A stretch of DNA of 64,000 nt from the NCBI GenBank assembly GCA_946965045.2, contig OX337228.1, positions 1,364,001 through 1,428,000 on the forward strand, given 5' to 3'. Shown piece by piece: positions 41,898-55,922 of this stretch; positions within the stretch are counted from its first letter, which is position 1; each line of letters starts with the position of its first letter. The notes beneath the pieces are model-generated. The model worked only from the letters and a program-made list of their open reading frames with translations, was not told the origin of the DNA and did no database searches. The stretch is from Epithemia pelagica. Lineage: Eukaryota; Protista; Bacillariophyta. Made by a program: the position numbers and the translations under genes.

Positions 41898-43757
41898 ATG
41901 TCCTCGAGCGGCATCTCTGTTGCAGCAGAAATATCTCTTGCCGACTTTCAATTGGGACAGCTCATGGCAAATAAGAAGTCGTCTCCAGACCAAGCAACAG
42001 CAGCATCGTCGTGGGATCTAGAGGCATTCGAGCAACAGGTACAGGGAGACAGCAACTGGAGTCAGGGCTCATCATCCAGGAAGAAGAAGAAAAAGGCAAA
42101 TCGGCTTCAGGACATTGCAATAACCAACTTGGACACCCCACCTTCCTCGCCACAGGTCACGAAAACGAACGAAACCAGTAGCACGTGGCCGTTTGAAAGC
42201 AGTCCGTGCCGAATGTTTGGAGGAAAGAACACACGTGCAGCGTCCACCGATGACGGAGACAGCAAAAATGAGCAGCTCTTTGACGCTAAATTCGCGGATC
42301 GCTCCGTCAACAAGAGAATGGTGTCCGACCCCGAGGAGGAGGACGAAGAAACGAGTATAGAAGATGAGTTTACCTCGGAAGACTTGATCTTGGGTGAGAG
42401 TGACGACGATTCGGACTCCTCTGTGGGCACAGGAGGAGCCAAGGAAGATCTTCACCGAACCGGCTTGGTGAGAAATGACCGAGCCGAAAGCCCAAGTCAG
42501 AGAAAGAATGCGAACGATGAGAAATCAAATGCTCGTCCGGCTTCTCGAGGCAAGAGTGCGAGTCCCCAACGTACTGGTTCGGAACGAAAGACACGTCTCT
42601 CCAGGACCAAGAGAGATACTGCTACCGTGTCTTCTGCATCCAAGCCTGTACCCAAGATGGAAAAGAAAGCTAGCCCTCCAAAGAAACAGGATAAACCAAA
42701 AGCTGGTTCCGGTTTGGAGAAACAAATCAAAACCGATCGAAGCAATCGACGGAAACCAGACAAACCGCGAAGTCATAGTACGAGCGAAGATCTCATGTCC
42801 GTCTCACATCATGGGGGTACCAGTGGGGGCTCTCGGGTCCGACGTGGTTTAAATAGGGCCAAGTCATCGGATGGAATGGAGGGTTTCAGTGGTGGTTCTT
42901 CAGAGAATACATGGAGTCGAAAGGGTGGTAAACGTGATGATCTCTCCTCTGCATCTCTACACACGAGTGCCTCATTGGGCCGTAGCAGCCGATCTTCATC
43001 GGTACGTAGGGATGGCAATTCAGCGCGACCATCGGTTGCCATGGATCGTCGAAGCAAGTTTGCTCGAGCCATGTCGACTTCCAACGTGAAACGTCCCGAA
43101 GAATACGCGCATAGTGAAACAAAGAATGAGAACAAAATTTCCCAATCCATTTCGGAACGACGCAAAACGTCAAAGCCATCTTCGTCGTCGGCGAGTGTCC
43201 CTTCTCGAGATGTCGATGAACAACTGGCGGCAAGCGTCGAAGCCAAGGGTGAAACCACCAAGATTTCTCAGTTCCTCTCCGACAAGCGCAAGACTTCCAA
43301 GAACTCTTCATCGGCTAGTGTTGTATCGCGGGAAAGTACCGCTAGCGTAAGCAGGGCCGCCAAGGCGGATAACGAGGACACCACGACAGGGGAAGACGGA
43401 GAACAACCAAGATCCTCTTCCAAGACGAGGCCAACGATGCGTCGCAAACGTTCCCAACGATTTGGGAGAAGTGGATCGAGCCGATCTATCAGCTCATCAA
43501 AGCAAACAGAAGGTGATGGAAAGTCTGGCAATGCCTTGTCAAGTTCCACAAACGATGGAGGAAAATCGTCGAGAAGAAGCAGTCGTGAACGACGAGATTT
43601 GATGGTTCTCTTGCGCGAAAAGAAATCTATTCAGCCAGTGGATCTGATGGACAAGGAGAATCGAAAGATGCTTCACTTTCTCATGTATGAACACAAGATG
43701 GGAATATCACAGGACGAGCTCCAGCAACGGATTCGGAAGGAAAAAGAGTCTTCGTAA
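41898..43757 (+). CDS. Low-complexity S/R/K-rich hypothetical protein with helical C-terminus
   Basis: About 620-codon ORF; C-terminal RRDLMVLLREKK...LHFLMYEHKMGI. Confidence 0.75.
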   Translation: MSSSGISVAAEISLADFQLGQLMANKKSSPDQATAASSWDLEAFEQQVQGDSNWSQGSSSRKKKKKANRLQDIAITNLDTPPSSPQVTKTNETSSTWPFESSPCRMFGGKNTRAASTDDGDSKNEQLFDAKFADRSVNKRMVSDPEEEDEETSIEDEFTSEDLILGESDDDSDSSVGTGGAKEDLHRTGLVRNDRAESPSQRKNANDEKSNARPASRGKSASPQRTGSERKTRLSRTKRDTATVSSASKPVPKMEKKASPPKKQDKPKAGSGLEKQIKTDRSNRRKPDKPRSHSTSEDLMSVSHHGGTSGGSRVRRGLNRAKSSDGMEGFSGGSSENTWSRKGGKRDDLSSASLHTSASLGRSSRSSSVRRDGNSARPSVAMDRRSKFARAMSTSNVKRPEEYAHSETKNENKISQSISERRKTSKPSSSSASVPSRDVDEQLAASVEAKGETTKISQFLSDKRKTSKNSSSASVVSRESTASVSRAAKADNEDTTTGEDGEQPRSSSKTRPTMRRKRSQRFGRSGSSRSISSSKQTEGDGKSGNALSSSTNDGGKSSRRSSRERRDLMVLLREKKSIQPVDLMDKENRKMLHFLMYEHKMGISQDELQQRIRKEKESS

Positions 43758-43878
43758 ATTGGTCACTGGAATGGAAATAGATGAAAATTTCAAGTTAATG
43801 AAAATCGAAGAACGCTTATCCAATGTTCCATGAAAGCTAGTAGCTAGTTCTACGAATCAAATCGTTCCTTCTACACAG

Positions 43879-45510
43879 TTAGAGTAGGAGACTGTTGGGA
43901 CCCTCCACGTGTGTTTTGAAGGCAGCCAGCCATTGAGCTCCCACCGCTCCATCCACAACGCGGTGATCGCAACTCAATGTGGCAGTCATCATGACAGCCT
44001 CCTTATATATAGATTCTGCACCCTCGTCGTCATTGGGAATAATGCGGTTTTCCAGAGCTCCGATTGCCAGGGCACATGATTGAGGCTCTCGGATGATGGG
44101 TGCACATGATTTGATGCCATACATACCCAAATTCATGACTGTAAATGTTCCGAGACCACCCAACACAGAGGGAGCCTCTTCTCCTTCTTCGACAGGCTCT
44201 AGCGCTGTCACAAATGTCTTGAGTTCCGACGCAATCTCTTTGAGGCCTTTTGCACCCAAGTTCGAAATCACTGGTGTGTACAGTGAATCTCCCGAACCAA
44301 CCACCACGTTCACATTGATATGATCGTACACTCGCACATGTGAATCCATCCATGCCGCATTGGCACTGGGAATGGTCTTCATTGCCGCTCCAGCCGCTTT
44401 GAGCAAAAATTCATACACCCCCAATTGCGCCTCTTCGGGCAACGAGGCATTCAGACTCGCTCGGGTGGCCAAAAGCTGGTCCATGTTCACATCCACCGTA
44501 AGATAATAATGCGGAATGTTTCGTTTGGCCTGTTGCAATCGGGCTGCGACTTCTTGGGCGTGTACCGACAAGGGATAATCCGTGAATCCTTCGCCGGGTA
44601 CGGGAACGGCCGTTTGCATACTGGCCAGGGCCGGTGCTGGAGTCGTCGTCGCCCCTGCCGCTGCGGATGGTGTGAATTCTTTCACATCGGCCGCTAGAAT
44701 CCTTCCTCCGGGTCCGGTTCCTGGAATTTGCTCTATTGTGTATCCCATCTCTTTGGCTAGCATTCGTGCCAGAGGTGAGGCAAAGACGCGTTCCCCCAAA
44801 GCAGCAGAGGATGCTGGAGCGGCGGCGGCGGGTGCCGGAGTCGGTGCCGCAGCAGGTGCGGCCGGAGTGGGAGCTGGCGGTGCGGCTGCTGCTGCGGCAG
44901 CGGGTGGAGCGGCCGCAGGGGCGGAATCCACGGTAAAATCGCCAAAGGCCGCCACATCCTCTTCGGATTCGACCGTCACGAGAATGGGATCTCCCACCTT
45001 GAGTTCGGTCGACCCTGCCTCGGCCAAAATTTTGGCCACAACTCCATCATCTTGGGCCTCAAAGTCGACAGTGGCCTTGTCTGTCTCGACGCTACAAATA
45101 ATGTCACCCGCAGCGAACGAGTCCCCCACTCCCAAGTTCCAGGAACCAATCGAGCCGGATTCCATGGTCTACCAATATAGAATTGCCAAGGAACGTATAC
45201 AATACCATCATCGACATGACGACAAATCAGAGGAAGAAATGAAATCAATGATATAAATTGTAAGCTCATGACAAACGAGCGAAAGGATACATGGCCATCC
45301 AAGGGCCTCACAAAAAAACACAACAACATATCTTACTGGTGACAGTGCAGGAAGGCCGACAACTTCATGAGACGGATAAGAGGCGAAAGATCGTCGGATC
45401 ATCCTGGAAAGCCATGGAGACTGCGAAGATACTGCGGCTGGTCTCAATGCATTTCTTGCACTCATAAAGAGTGATCTGCCAGAGGACGATCGCCATGCCA
45501 TGGACGCCAT
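43879..45510 (-). CDS. DLAT: Mitochondrial pyruvate dehydrogenase E2 (dihydrolipoamide acetyltransferase); exons 45337-45510, 43879-45168
   Basis: R/S-rich presequence, LPALSP|TMESG lipoyl domain with ETDKA, E3-binding ASPLARMLA...GTGPGGRI, catalytic DHRVVDG. Confidence 0.95.
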
Positions 45511-45776
45511 CTTTCTTCTTTCTGTATTTTGGTTGTGTGCAAAAATGCCGACCCAGAAACATGGAGGGGTTGCGCACACACGCAACGATGATGCCACCTC
45601 TTGGCTCTTTTGTACACTTTTGACCACAGTACGCCGAAAGATTCACCACGGGTGGCATACAGACGTTGCTGGTACACAAGGAAAAAATCAACGGTTGGCC
45701 CCTGATTTTTCGTGGGGGTCAAACGATTGAACTCTCAACCCCCAAACTTTGGCAGCAGAATCAAAAGAAACGAACC

Positions 45777-48700
45777 ATGGCGGCTCACCGACGTGCCAAG
45801 TCGGCTCTCAACCCATTTGGCAGTGGATCGTTTGATTCGGATGACAACAACAATAATGACGGGAAGGATGCCGTTCCGTCCGCTTTGGTGAGTGGCAATG
45901 CCGACAAGGGACCGTCCAACAACAATCCGTTTGATTTGGGCGATGTCGATTTTGCCAAGGTACAAAAGCGTCGTGATGCACGTCGGGCCGCCAAAGAACA
46001 AGCAAAGGAAGAAGCGGCCAAGTCTTTGTTGCAAGGAATGGATGCCACGGAGGAACCCAAGAGCAACAACAATGAATCCGCGGGTGTTCCCCTCGAATCT
46101 GGAAAGACTCCACAAACGCAACAAAGATCGCGACGACCCAAAATTGTGTTGCGATCCAAAACGGTGGGATCCGAAGTGATTGGTCAATCCAAGCAGCAAA
46201 ACAATCTTATGAATAGCATTTTGGGGACCTTTGTCAATAAAGAAAAAGAAACCATCGAGGAAGAGATGACTGAACCGCAAGAAACCCTCGTGAAGATTGG
46301 ACAGAAAAAACTTGCCATTTGGCCTTATGATGACTATCACCTTGTTCAAAAGGCCTACTATGAACGATTGGGAGACGGCACGGGTGGTGAAGATCAGGAC
46401 GAGCTTCATACTCAAGCTCCGGAAGTCGTTGACAACAGCAGCATTCCCATTTTTCAGAGACCGGCAGATCCTCCCGATATCCCTTCCGCAGTGGTCGGTC
46501 TTCAGTTGACTGACTTTGAGGCAAAGGCTGAGGAACGCAGTATTGCCATTGTTAGTACTTGGCTGTTCGATGCTGGATTGATTGATGAGCTTCTCGTTAA
46601 CGGAGGTATGATGGGATCTCTCTTTAACGTAAACGGCGATGATGGGGCAGGTGCTGGGGAAGGTGTCGAGATTGGATCGCATGGTTTCCCCATTGAAGGT
46701 CCAACAAAGATGGACAAAGAAATTTCCAAACTTCGTAATGCTACCAGGAGGCAATTATCGTTGATTAATGCCCGCTTGAATGATGGTGTGGCTGCAACGG
46801 GCTCAGAAGTTCAAGAGCTTGTAAATCTTGTCATTGCAACCAAGGATGACATTGGTCGACTACGGGAACTGTCAACCTATGTGAGCAACTCAGACTCGGT
46901 AGAACAGAATACAGAATTTATGCTTACGAACTACCCCAAGTTGAAACAAACGATCAATGCTAGACGGAACTTGGCACGCTGTTTCCGAGAGCTTGATTTC
47001 TTTTCGCAGATTCCCACCACCTGCGATCGCTTACGTGAGGAAATGCATGCTGGTGAATACACAGCTCATGAATGGTCCACTCTGCGTTCGGTTTGCCGTG
47101 AACATGTGGAGCTTCAACTATTTCTTGTGGAAGCAGAAGCAGGAATGAAAAAGCGACTTGAGGAGGAAGAAATGGAGGAACAAGCCCAGCGCAACGCGTC
47201 ATCGTCTAAAAAGAAAGGACGGCGCAAGGATCAATTTGATTTGAAAGCTCTGTCCAATGTCGGCCTCGAACAGAAACAGAAGAATGATTTGATTGATAAG
47301 TTCCTTTCCGAACATGTAGAAAATGTATGGGAGTTGGGAGATGAAATTCGTATGCGAATCATGAGTGGCATTGAATCGGCCTTTGAATTAGCTATGAACA
47401 ACCCGGGTGGTATGGTGGCCCTCGTTGAGGCAGTGGAAGTCTACGATACAGCAAACGAAGAGTACAAGGCTGTTCATGGAGTTGAGGCAGGCCAAGCGAG
47501 CCATAATCTACGTTTCACAGACATGCGTCCAGCGGCACTGGGAACACTCTACAAAGACTTTGAACGTCGAGGTCTGGATATTTTCAGCGATCTCATTTCT
47601 CAAGCTGCCGATATTGCGGAAGAGGACGAAGAGGTTTCGAATCAGCAGTTCACTGCCGTCCTTCGTGCAGCCAACGAACTCACATCGGAGATTGGTGTTG
47701 TGAAAGAACAAATGGCTCCTTGCTTCCCTCCGAACTGGGCAATTGAGACCTTGTGGACAACCTGTGTGGCGCATGTATGCTCCAACAATATTCTTCAACA
47801 GATTGGAGGTACTGATGGACACAAGCTCCCTGATTTGACTGTGACACAACTGCTGGATCTGGTGGCGTGGGTGGAGAGCTTTCGTGAGGTGATTGAAGAA
47901 GCCTTCCCAAACATTGCTTCGATTGCTTCTAAGCGGGCATATTTTGATAAACCTCCCACATTGCTTGTTGACAACAAGAAATCTGTGGACCTCGAGGCTG
48001 CAAAGGACACACTGGCTTGGGTGAATAACATTTTATGGGATGTTCACGATTTGTCGAAAGATGAATTTCTGTACAGAACCAAAGAACAGACGGAGGAATG
48101 GTTGGACAACGTCTATGAGTAAGTTTGTATTTGTTTGACTTGAGAGCACGTGGGACAAACAAGATTAAACTCTCTTCCTTTTCTAAATTGATTGAATTGC
48201 AGTGCCGAACCTACAAAGACTCAGACAGCCGAAGGCCGACTCGTTACATCCCTATGTGAAGATGTTTATTCACTTGCAGGGGTGCAACTTCGAACAATTC
48301 GCGAGCGTCTCACTCGTAGATCCGAAGCATTGGTACAGGCGGTTGGAGTGATTTTTAAGAATCTCTATGAAAAGCAGATTGCGACGCGAGACAACTACTG
48401 CAAGGACTTTGAAGAATGTTGCGCAGCAAGTAACGATTTCATTCGTATGAGTGAGAAGTGTGAAGAGATTGTGACTGAAATCCAAGATGAGTGCAACTTG
48501 TCGCCAGAAGCCAGCGAGACACTCGAAGAACAAGCTGCTGCTCTTCTCGGTCTGTACAGTGGTGATGCTGTTTACGCGGCTCAGAAAACCCACTTATACA
48601 TCTTTGAGCCTATTGAAGAAGCTATCGCCGAGGATTTGTTTAGTGCAGAATGGCTTGAACATATGACCCACAACGAAGCCGCCTTGACTGTTGTTCGTAC

Positions 48701-49403
48701 TCTGGATGATTTTATGGAAGATCTCGAAAACTTCCTCGACGAAGTCATGGTTCAAAAATGTGTTGAGGCTCAGGTTAACGCGACAGTAAACTTTTACATT
48801 ACCAATCTGTTGAGGAAATCATCTGGGCATAACAGCAGTCGAAGCTCCTATTTCTCGGACAACCAGCAGGCTCTGGCCCGCATTCGTGGAGATATTCAAA
48901 TTATCCGAGAATACTTTGATGGTCTATCAGGAGACATGCCCGCTCTTACGCGTGTGATTGAGAGAGAATTTGGATTCCTTGATAGTATCGTTGAAGTTGT
49001 GGCGATTGCGGCGGAATTGTCCCACAGTGACATTCGAGATTTTGTGCTCGTTTTGCAAAAGACAATCAAGAACTTTGCAATCACCAAGTTTGTGGTCGGT
49101 GACATTTATCATTTGGTGAAACCGGGCATTGAACATACGATATATGAACTGATTGATGGCATGGAGAGTGAAATGGCTGCTGTAGCTCCAAATGATGAAC
49201 AGGCCGCGTCTGTTGCACGAAACCGAATGACAGTCCCTGGACTTCGTATCGATCAAGAGCTTGCTAAGCATATTCAGGACAGCACCAGGCACCGTCCGCT
49301 ACAAGCGGGAACACTTGACCGAGCCGAAGCGGCACTCCGTAGTTGGACATCTAACTGGGTTGGAGGACAAAACAATGCTGATTCCAACGAAGATGATGAT
49401 TAG
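45777..49403 (+). CDS. SEC6: Exocyst complex component Sec6/EXOC3; exons 45777-48118, 48203-49403
   Basis: Long helical protein with APCFPPNW, LLDLVAWV, CAASNDF and LFSAEW...VVRTLDDF; 84-nt GTAAGT...CAG intron in frame. Confidence 0.8.
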
Positions 49404-49706
49404 CCTTGTATGGTTTATAATGTGGCTTGCCATTCCTAATAGGTTGCTCTACTAGGAGAAGTTACTGAGAGTATGTACTTCTAGGAGGAACTTTTGAATT
49501 GAAGGAGTAGACTAGAGCGGGAAGATCAAGACGACACATTTTCGGATAGCGGATAGGTGACATAGACTCCCCAGATGCTGACACTCAGACAACCTCATGG
49601 GACAGTCAGTGCACTAATGCCGCTGAGAAAAGTTCGCATTGTGGACGGACTTTGGTCTGTGCAACCGTACGAAATGTCAGCACACGTCATGACCAATAGA
49701 AAATAG

Positions 49707-51152
<1,446 letters not shown>

Positions 51153-51306
51153 AGCTCTTGGTATTCGACTGATCGAAGTCCTTTCTATACTTTCAGAGCG
51201 TAGTATCAACTAGTCTTTGTTTGAACATGACGCAGTGCTACCTAGACACCAATAGCTACAATTTCCATTTTCGGTGGAAGAAAAGAAAAAGTCGTTCTAT
51301 TAGTGG

Positions 51307-54300
51307 CTACTGACGAGCTGGTCCGACCCCTTCATCGTTTGGTAGTGGATCGTCCGTGTCCGGATATATATGTTCTACTTCTTCGTAATCATCCACTGGA
51401 ACCATCGACCCGACTGAAGTACAATGGCTGCAGGTATCTTCCACGTCCATATTGTCGTCATCTACAACGGCTGCGTTGGACCCAGAAATCTCACTTGAAG
51501 TTGATGCTACCTTTGAGTCTGGAACGTCCGCAATAATAGCTGGTCCAGATGGCTCGGGAGTTTGCAGATTCAGTAAAAAGTTCTCATCAACCGGTACGTC
51601 ACGCCGCCGGTAATATAGCACATAGGCAGCCTCCGATATTATGGAACGTTTGTCGACATCCGTGTTCACCCTACTGTCATCGTAGTAGCACCACACTCCA
51701 TCGTCATTTAGGGCATGGGCAGTGTAGTGCCCCCCTCCCAATCCGCCGTAGTGGTTGCTTACAGCGTAGCAATCATATATTGGCTTTTCGTCTTCGGTCC
51801 AATGCATGACATGCTCAGTTAAATCAAGACCCTCTAAAGGGAAGTCGATGAAAAGATTGATTTTGTCACGCCGGTGTGTCGTCGCAGAATAATGGAATCT
51901 CTTGAGGTGGACAATGAGAATGGGAGGAGTTCGATATAGATCAAATTGTTTCCATGCTCTGACGTGCTTTTGGCAACGATTGCAATACCACATCTCCGTT
52001 TCTTCTAACTGTTCCATCTGACAGTACTTCTCAATACAATCAAGAACACTAGTGGTGGTCTTCGCTTTCCTCGCTCTTGTCACGGGGACGTTCTCCTCGT
52101 CCTCGGTGCTGCGTGCCGCAGAATCATCAACAGCTTCATATTCTTCTGTATCAAACACTCTCTCAATCAGCTCGTCCGTCCATTCCAGATTCACCATGCC
52201 CTGATCTCCGACAATATGTGCAACTATGTGATTTTCTTCGTGGTCTTTTGGAGAGGCCATGGGTACGCGGCGACTATCCACTCTTCTGAATCCGCGATCC
52301 TTTTCCAAACTACCCAACTGGCTGCTGTTGTCGTACGATTTAACACTGTAGCCGGGATTCTTACGATCGTACGAAAGTGGTATCTGTCGCATGATCAACA
52401 GTTCTGGTGACCCAAATGAATTATCACCAAATTCTCTGCTTGCACCTTGAAACCTTGACGGTTCAGTGGTACCGTTAGACTCTGAAGTTGATTCCCCCGA
52501 CATTTTTTCATTCACAGTGCGAGTCTCTCCTGGTCGTCGAAGAGACCGGAAGAGCCTTTTGGCAAGTACCTCTCGTAAGCCGTATACAGTCATATCCGAA
52601 GAAATACGAAGAACCAAAGGGTTACAGAAATATTGAGACCGTGACGCAGGAGCACCACCACTCGATTTCATTCGAATGCTTATCTTGATGCCTCCGGGAG
52701 ATTCATCCTTTTTCGCCCGAATCAATCGAAGAATTTCAGCACGCATCTTCGCTGCGCAGAACTCTAAAATGGCCAGATCTTGCAGGGACCTGACATTTTC
52801 AAAGACAGGACTACAATCACATCGGGCCATCAAATCTGGAATCTCATCGTCATTGACTTTTCTTGCATTGTCAACGACGTCGAGGTCTTTGATTTCGTTG
52901 TAGCATTGTTCCAGAAAGGTTGTAGTTCTTTGATAGAGCTTGACACGATCATCCGTTGTCCCCTTTGACGGATTAAACGCATTAAGAAAACCCAAATGAT
53001 TGCAAAGATATTTTGCATATTCTTCTGTCCATTTGTCCCCTGTGTTCAATCTCGTAATTGTGGCAAGGTCCAACTGGTACCGTTTCGGCTGTGAATCTTT
53101 CATATTACACATACCCAACTCACTATCACCATCTTTGGCTTTTTCCTTCGACAACGCAGCTATCTCCGATGATGGACGCAGTGCATACACAAAGGTTTCA
53201 TCCGTATCACGGATGCGATCTATTTCATCAGTCAAGTTGTACCAAGAGTAGATTTCTTTTTGCCACATGTCCACGACACACATGTCTTCGGCCAACAGTT
53301 CTTTCTCCACTCCGAGTTTCAGGACTTGGTCTCGAGTCCGCTTTGCAAGTTCTTGGATTGTGCCTGTCTTGGGGAGCGTAATGGAAAGACTTTGTACACG
53401 TTTTGCCGGGTCAAGAGGCACATAATGTATAGCTAATGTTCGTTCAGATGACCCTGGAATCGGCACGGATAGATACATGAAGGGGTCAAATGTGGTTGAG
53501 ACCCGCCCACAACCGGGTTCACAACATTGAACTCGACTCTTCACCTGCCCCATGAAATTATCAGACACCCTAGAATCTTCCCTTTTCCTGTGCAAGTCCC
53601 AGGCTTTGTCGGCTGCTTCTCGATCTGACTCTCCGTCCTCTTGTTCTGGCTTCTCAATGTACGGTTTCTTCGATATTCGATTCGTATCTTCATGAAGCGC
53701 ATCCAAGAGATAGGTTGCGAATTCCTGAGAATCGTGTTGTTCGTATCCCATGAACTGTTCTGCATGCTTGCCCACAATGTACTTGAACTCTCGTGGGTAG
53801 ACGACATGACCTGTGCTTGGAGACCACCTGACGTTGTTGCTTCCTTGTTCAAGAGCGGATTTTCCGACAACCGTTTTTGTTTCCTGACTCCACATTTCGG
53901 TCATGAGATCGGCAAAAGCTAATGCCAATTCACCTCTGGTTCCCAGGGGATTGACGCGATTAAGCTCTCGTCGAAACTCCCCTGAAAGAAAATATTTTTG
54001 CAGGGGTTGCGTATGCCCCAAACACTGCAAGGTACTGTTCATAAAGCATGTGTTACCAAGGTTGCCTAGTCCTGACCCGTACCGAAAACGGTTAAGCGTG
54101 GTGATTGACCGCAATGAGGGCGCCGAACCAACGTTGTCGCTGTCCATTGCCCAATAATCATCACCATGGTTCGTGGAGGCATTGTTATTCGTGGGGCTGA
54201 GGCCAAAATCATCATCTATTGCTGTTGTGCCCACACCCGCCCGCGACTTACCAATCGGAGAGTACAACGATGACTCTTTGGTCGCAGCGAATGTCGTGGA

Positions 54301-55454
54301 AGGTGGTAGCAAAAGAACGCCTCCTTGCTGTTGACTAGAAATACTCAAATCTTCCCCACCAAGAGCACCGTCAGAAGGAGCATCTTTCATCATACCAGTC
54401 GAGATCTAAGCAAGGAAATCAATAAATTTGTAAGTACTACATGGAAAAGAAGCACGAAGCCAACAAAACAACTTACGTCTTGTTCATTGTCGCTGTCATC
54501 CGAAACTTGTTGGCGATCACCCGAAGCAACGTGACTGGGAATGATGTGCACGGAAGCCTTTTGGTTGAAGGTCGAGTGGAAGGGTCCCTCATCATCTTGA
54601 GGGTTCCTCATTGCGTTGTCTTGGAGCGTGTCTGCGAGTCCATCATCAAGATTTGTTGCGTACGGAAACCTTCCCGATGCTGGTATAGGTATAAGTCCGC
54701 TGTGACCGTTTGAAACAGACGATAAGTACAAAGGGCCAGAGGAGTGGGGATCGACTACCAAACTGGACTCATTCCTTTTGTGTACTCGTACAACTGCCGA
54801 CAATTCATGGGTGCAACCAAATTTCTTCGACAAGAGAAGCCATGCATGACTTCCCACCAAATAGAAATGTTTCTCATGTAGCATATCTTTACGTAATGTA
54901 TAACTTCCATTTGGTCCATCGTCTCCATTGGTCGGATCACCAGCAGATTGTTGTTGATGTTGCGAAACGGACGAACTCGCTTTCGTTTCCACAAGCGAGG
55001 AATTGTCTATACAATCGACAATTTCTCGCCAGTCTTTGGATACACGTGGAGGAGGTTTCAGTACATGTCTCCATGCCTTTCGTAGCCAAGGTGCACTGAC
55101 AAGATAGTATTTCATCTTCTCATACCTCACGCTTCCATTGCTTTGGAAGAGCACCGTCGAACCATCGGCAAGTCCAGTTTTGGATTGTGCATTCAACATA
55201 TCCATCGTATCCGCTTCCTGGAGAGTGACAGGTGCAATAAAGAAAAGGGATATCATGTTTTGGGTGAGAGACAAATGGTCGCCATCGAAGAGTTGACTGC
55301 ATCGAGGGAATGTCCACACGATCAACGCCATTCCTGGTCTTTCTCACAAAATCTCCAAAGTGGACCGACCGACGCGCTCAACGAGTACACTTACCGACGC
55401 CTCACGGTAGGCTCTGGCTATGGCCATTGCTTCCTCCACCACCGTATCATCCAT
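51307..55454 (-). CDS. DUSP-domain ubiquitin-specific protease (USP4/11/15-like); exons 55395-55454, 54477-55217, 51307-54405
   Basis: DUSP (YYLVSAPWL...IDNSSL...FYLVGSHAWLLL), Cys box GLGNLGNTCFMNSTLQCL, QHDSQEF and His box NHYGGLGGGHYTA. Both introns are phase 0 GT-AG. Confidence 0.93.
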
Positions 55455-55922
55455 GTTAAAATCTGCACCAGCGTAGAGAAAAGGCTGCTTGATTATTTTT
55501 GGTTGTCTTTGTTGTGTGTTCATTGATGGTCCTCTGTCCTGTGTGGTCTGTGTGTAGTTTGCGTGTGGTCATTTCGTGGCACAACGAGGATTCTTCTGAC
55601 GACCAGACACCAGACCTCGCATAGTTATTTTTTGTGTCGCGGCTCGCGGCTTGCTCTCGAGCACGACGCATTCTCGGTCGCTCAAAAAATGCTATCCTGC
55701 CTATGCCGCGGACTTGAACGTGCCATGAAGAATCCTATGCTACCCTCCTACTCCTACTAGGTACTCCTAGGCCCTTTGAACATACGAAAGATTCCAAATT
55801 CGAAGCCTTGCGCATCACAATAACCTCTAACTACTACAAGGACTACCTATTGAGAGATGCAGCTACCGTTGTCGTTGTCTTGTTATTTCTAATCATCATG
55901 GCAAGTGGGCACGCAACCAAGC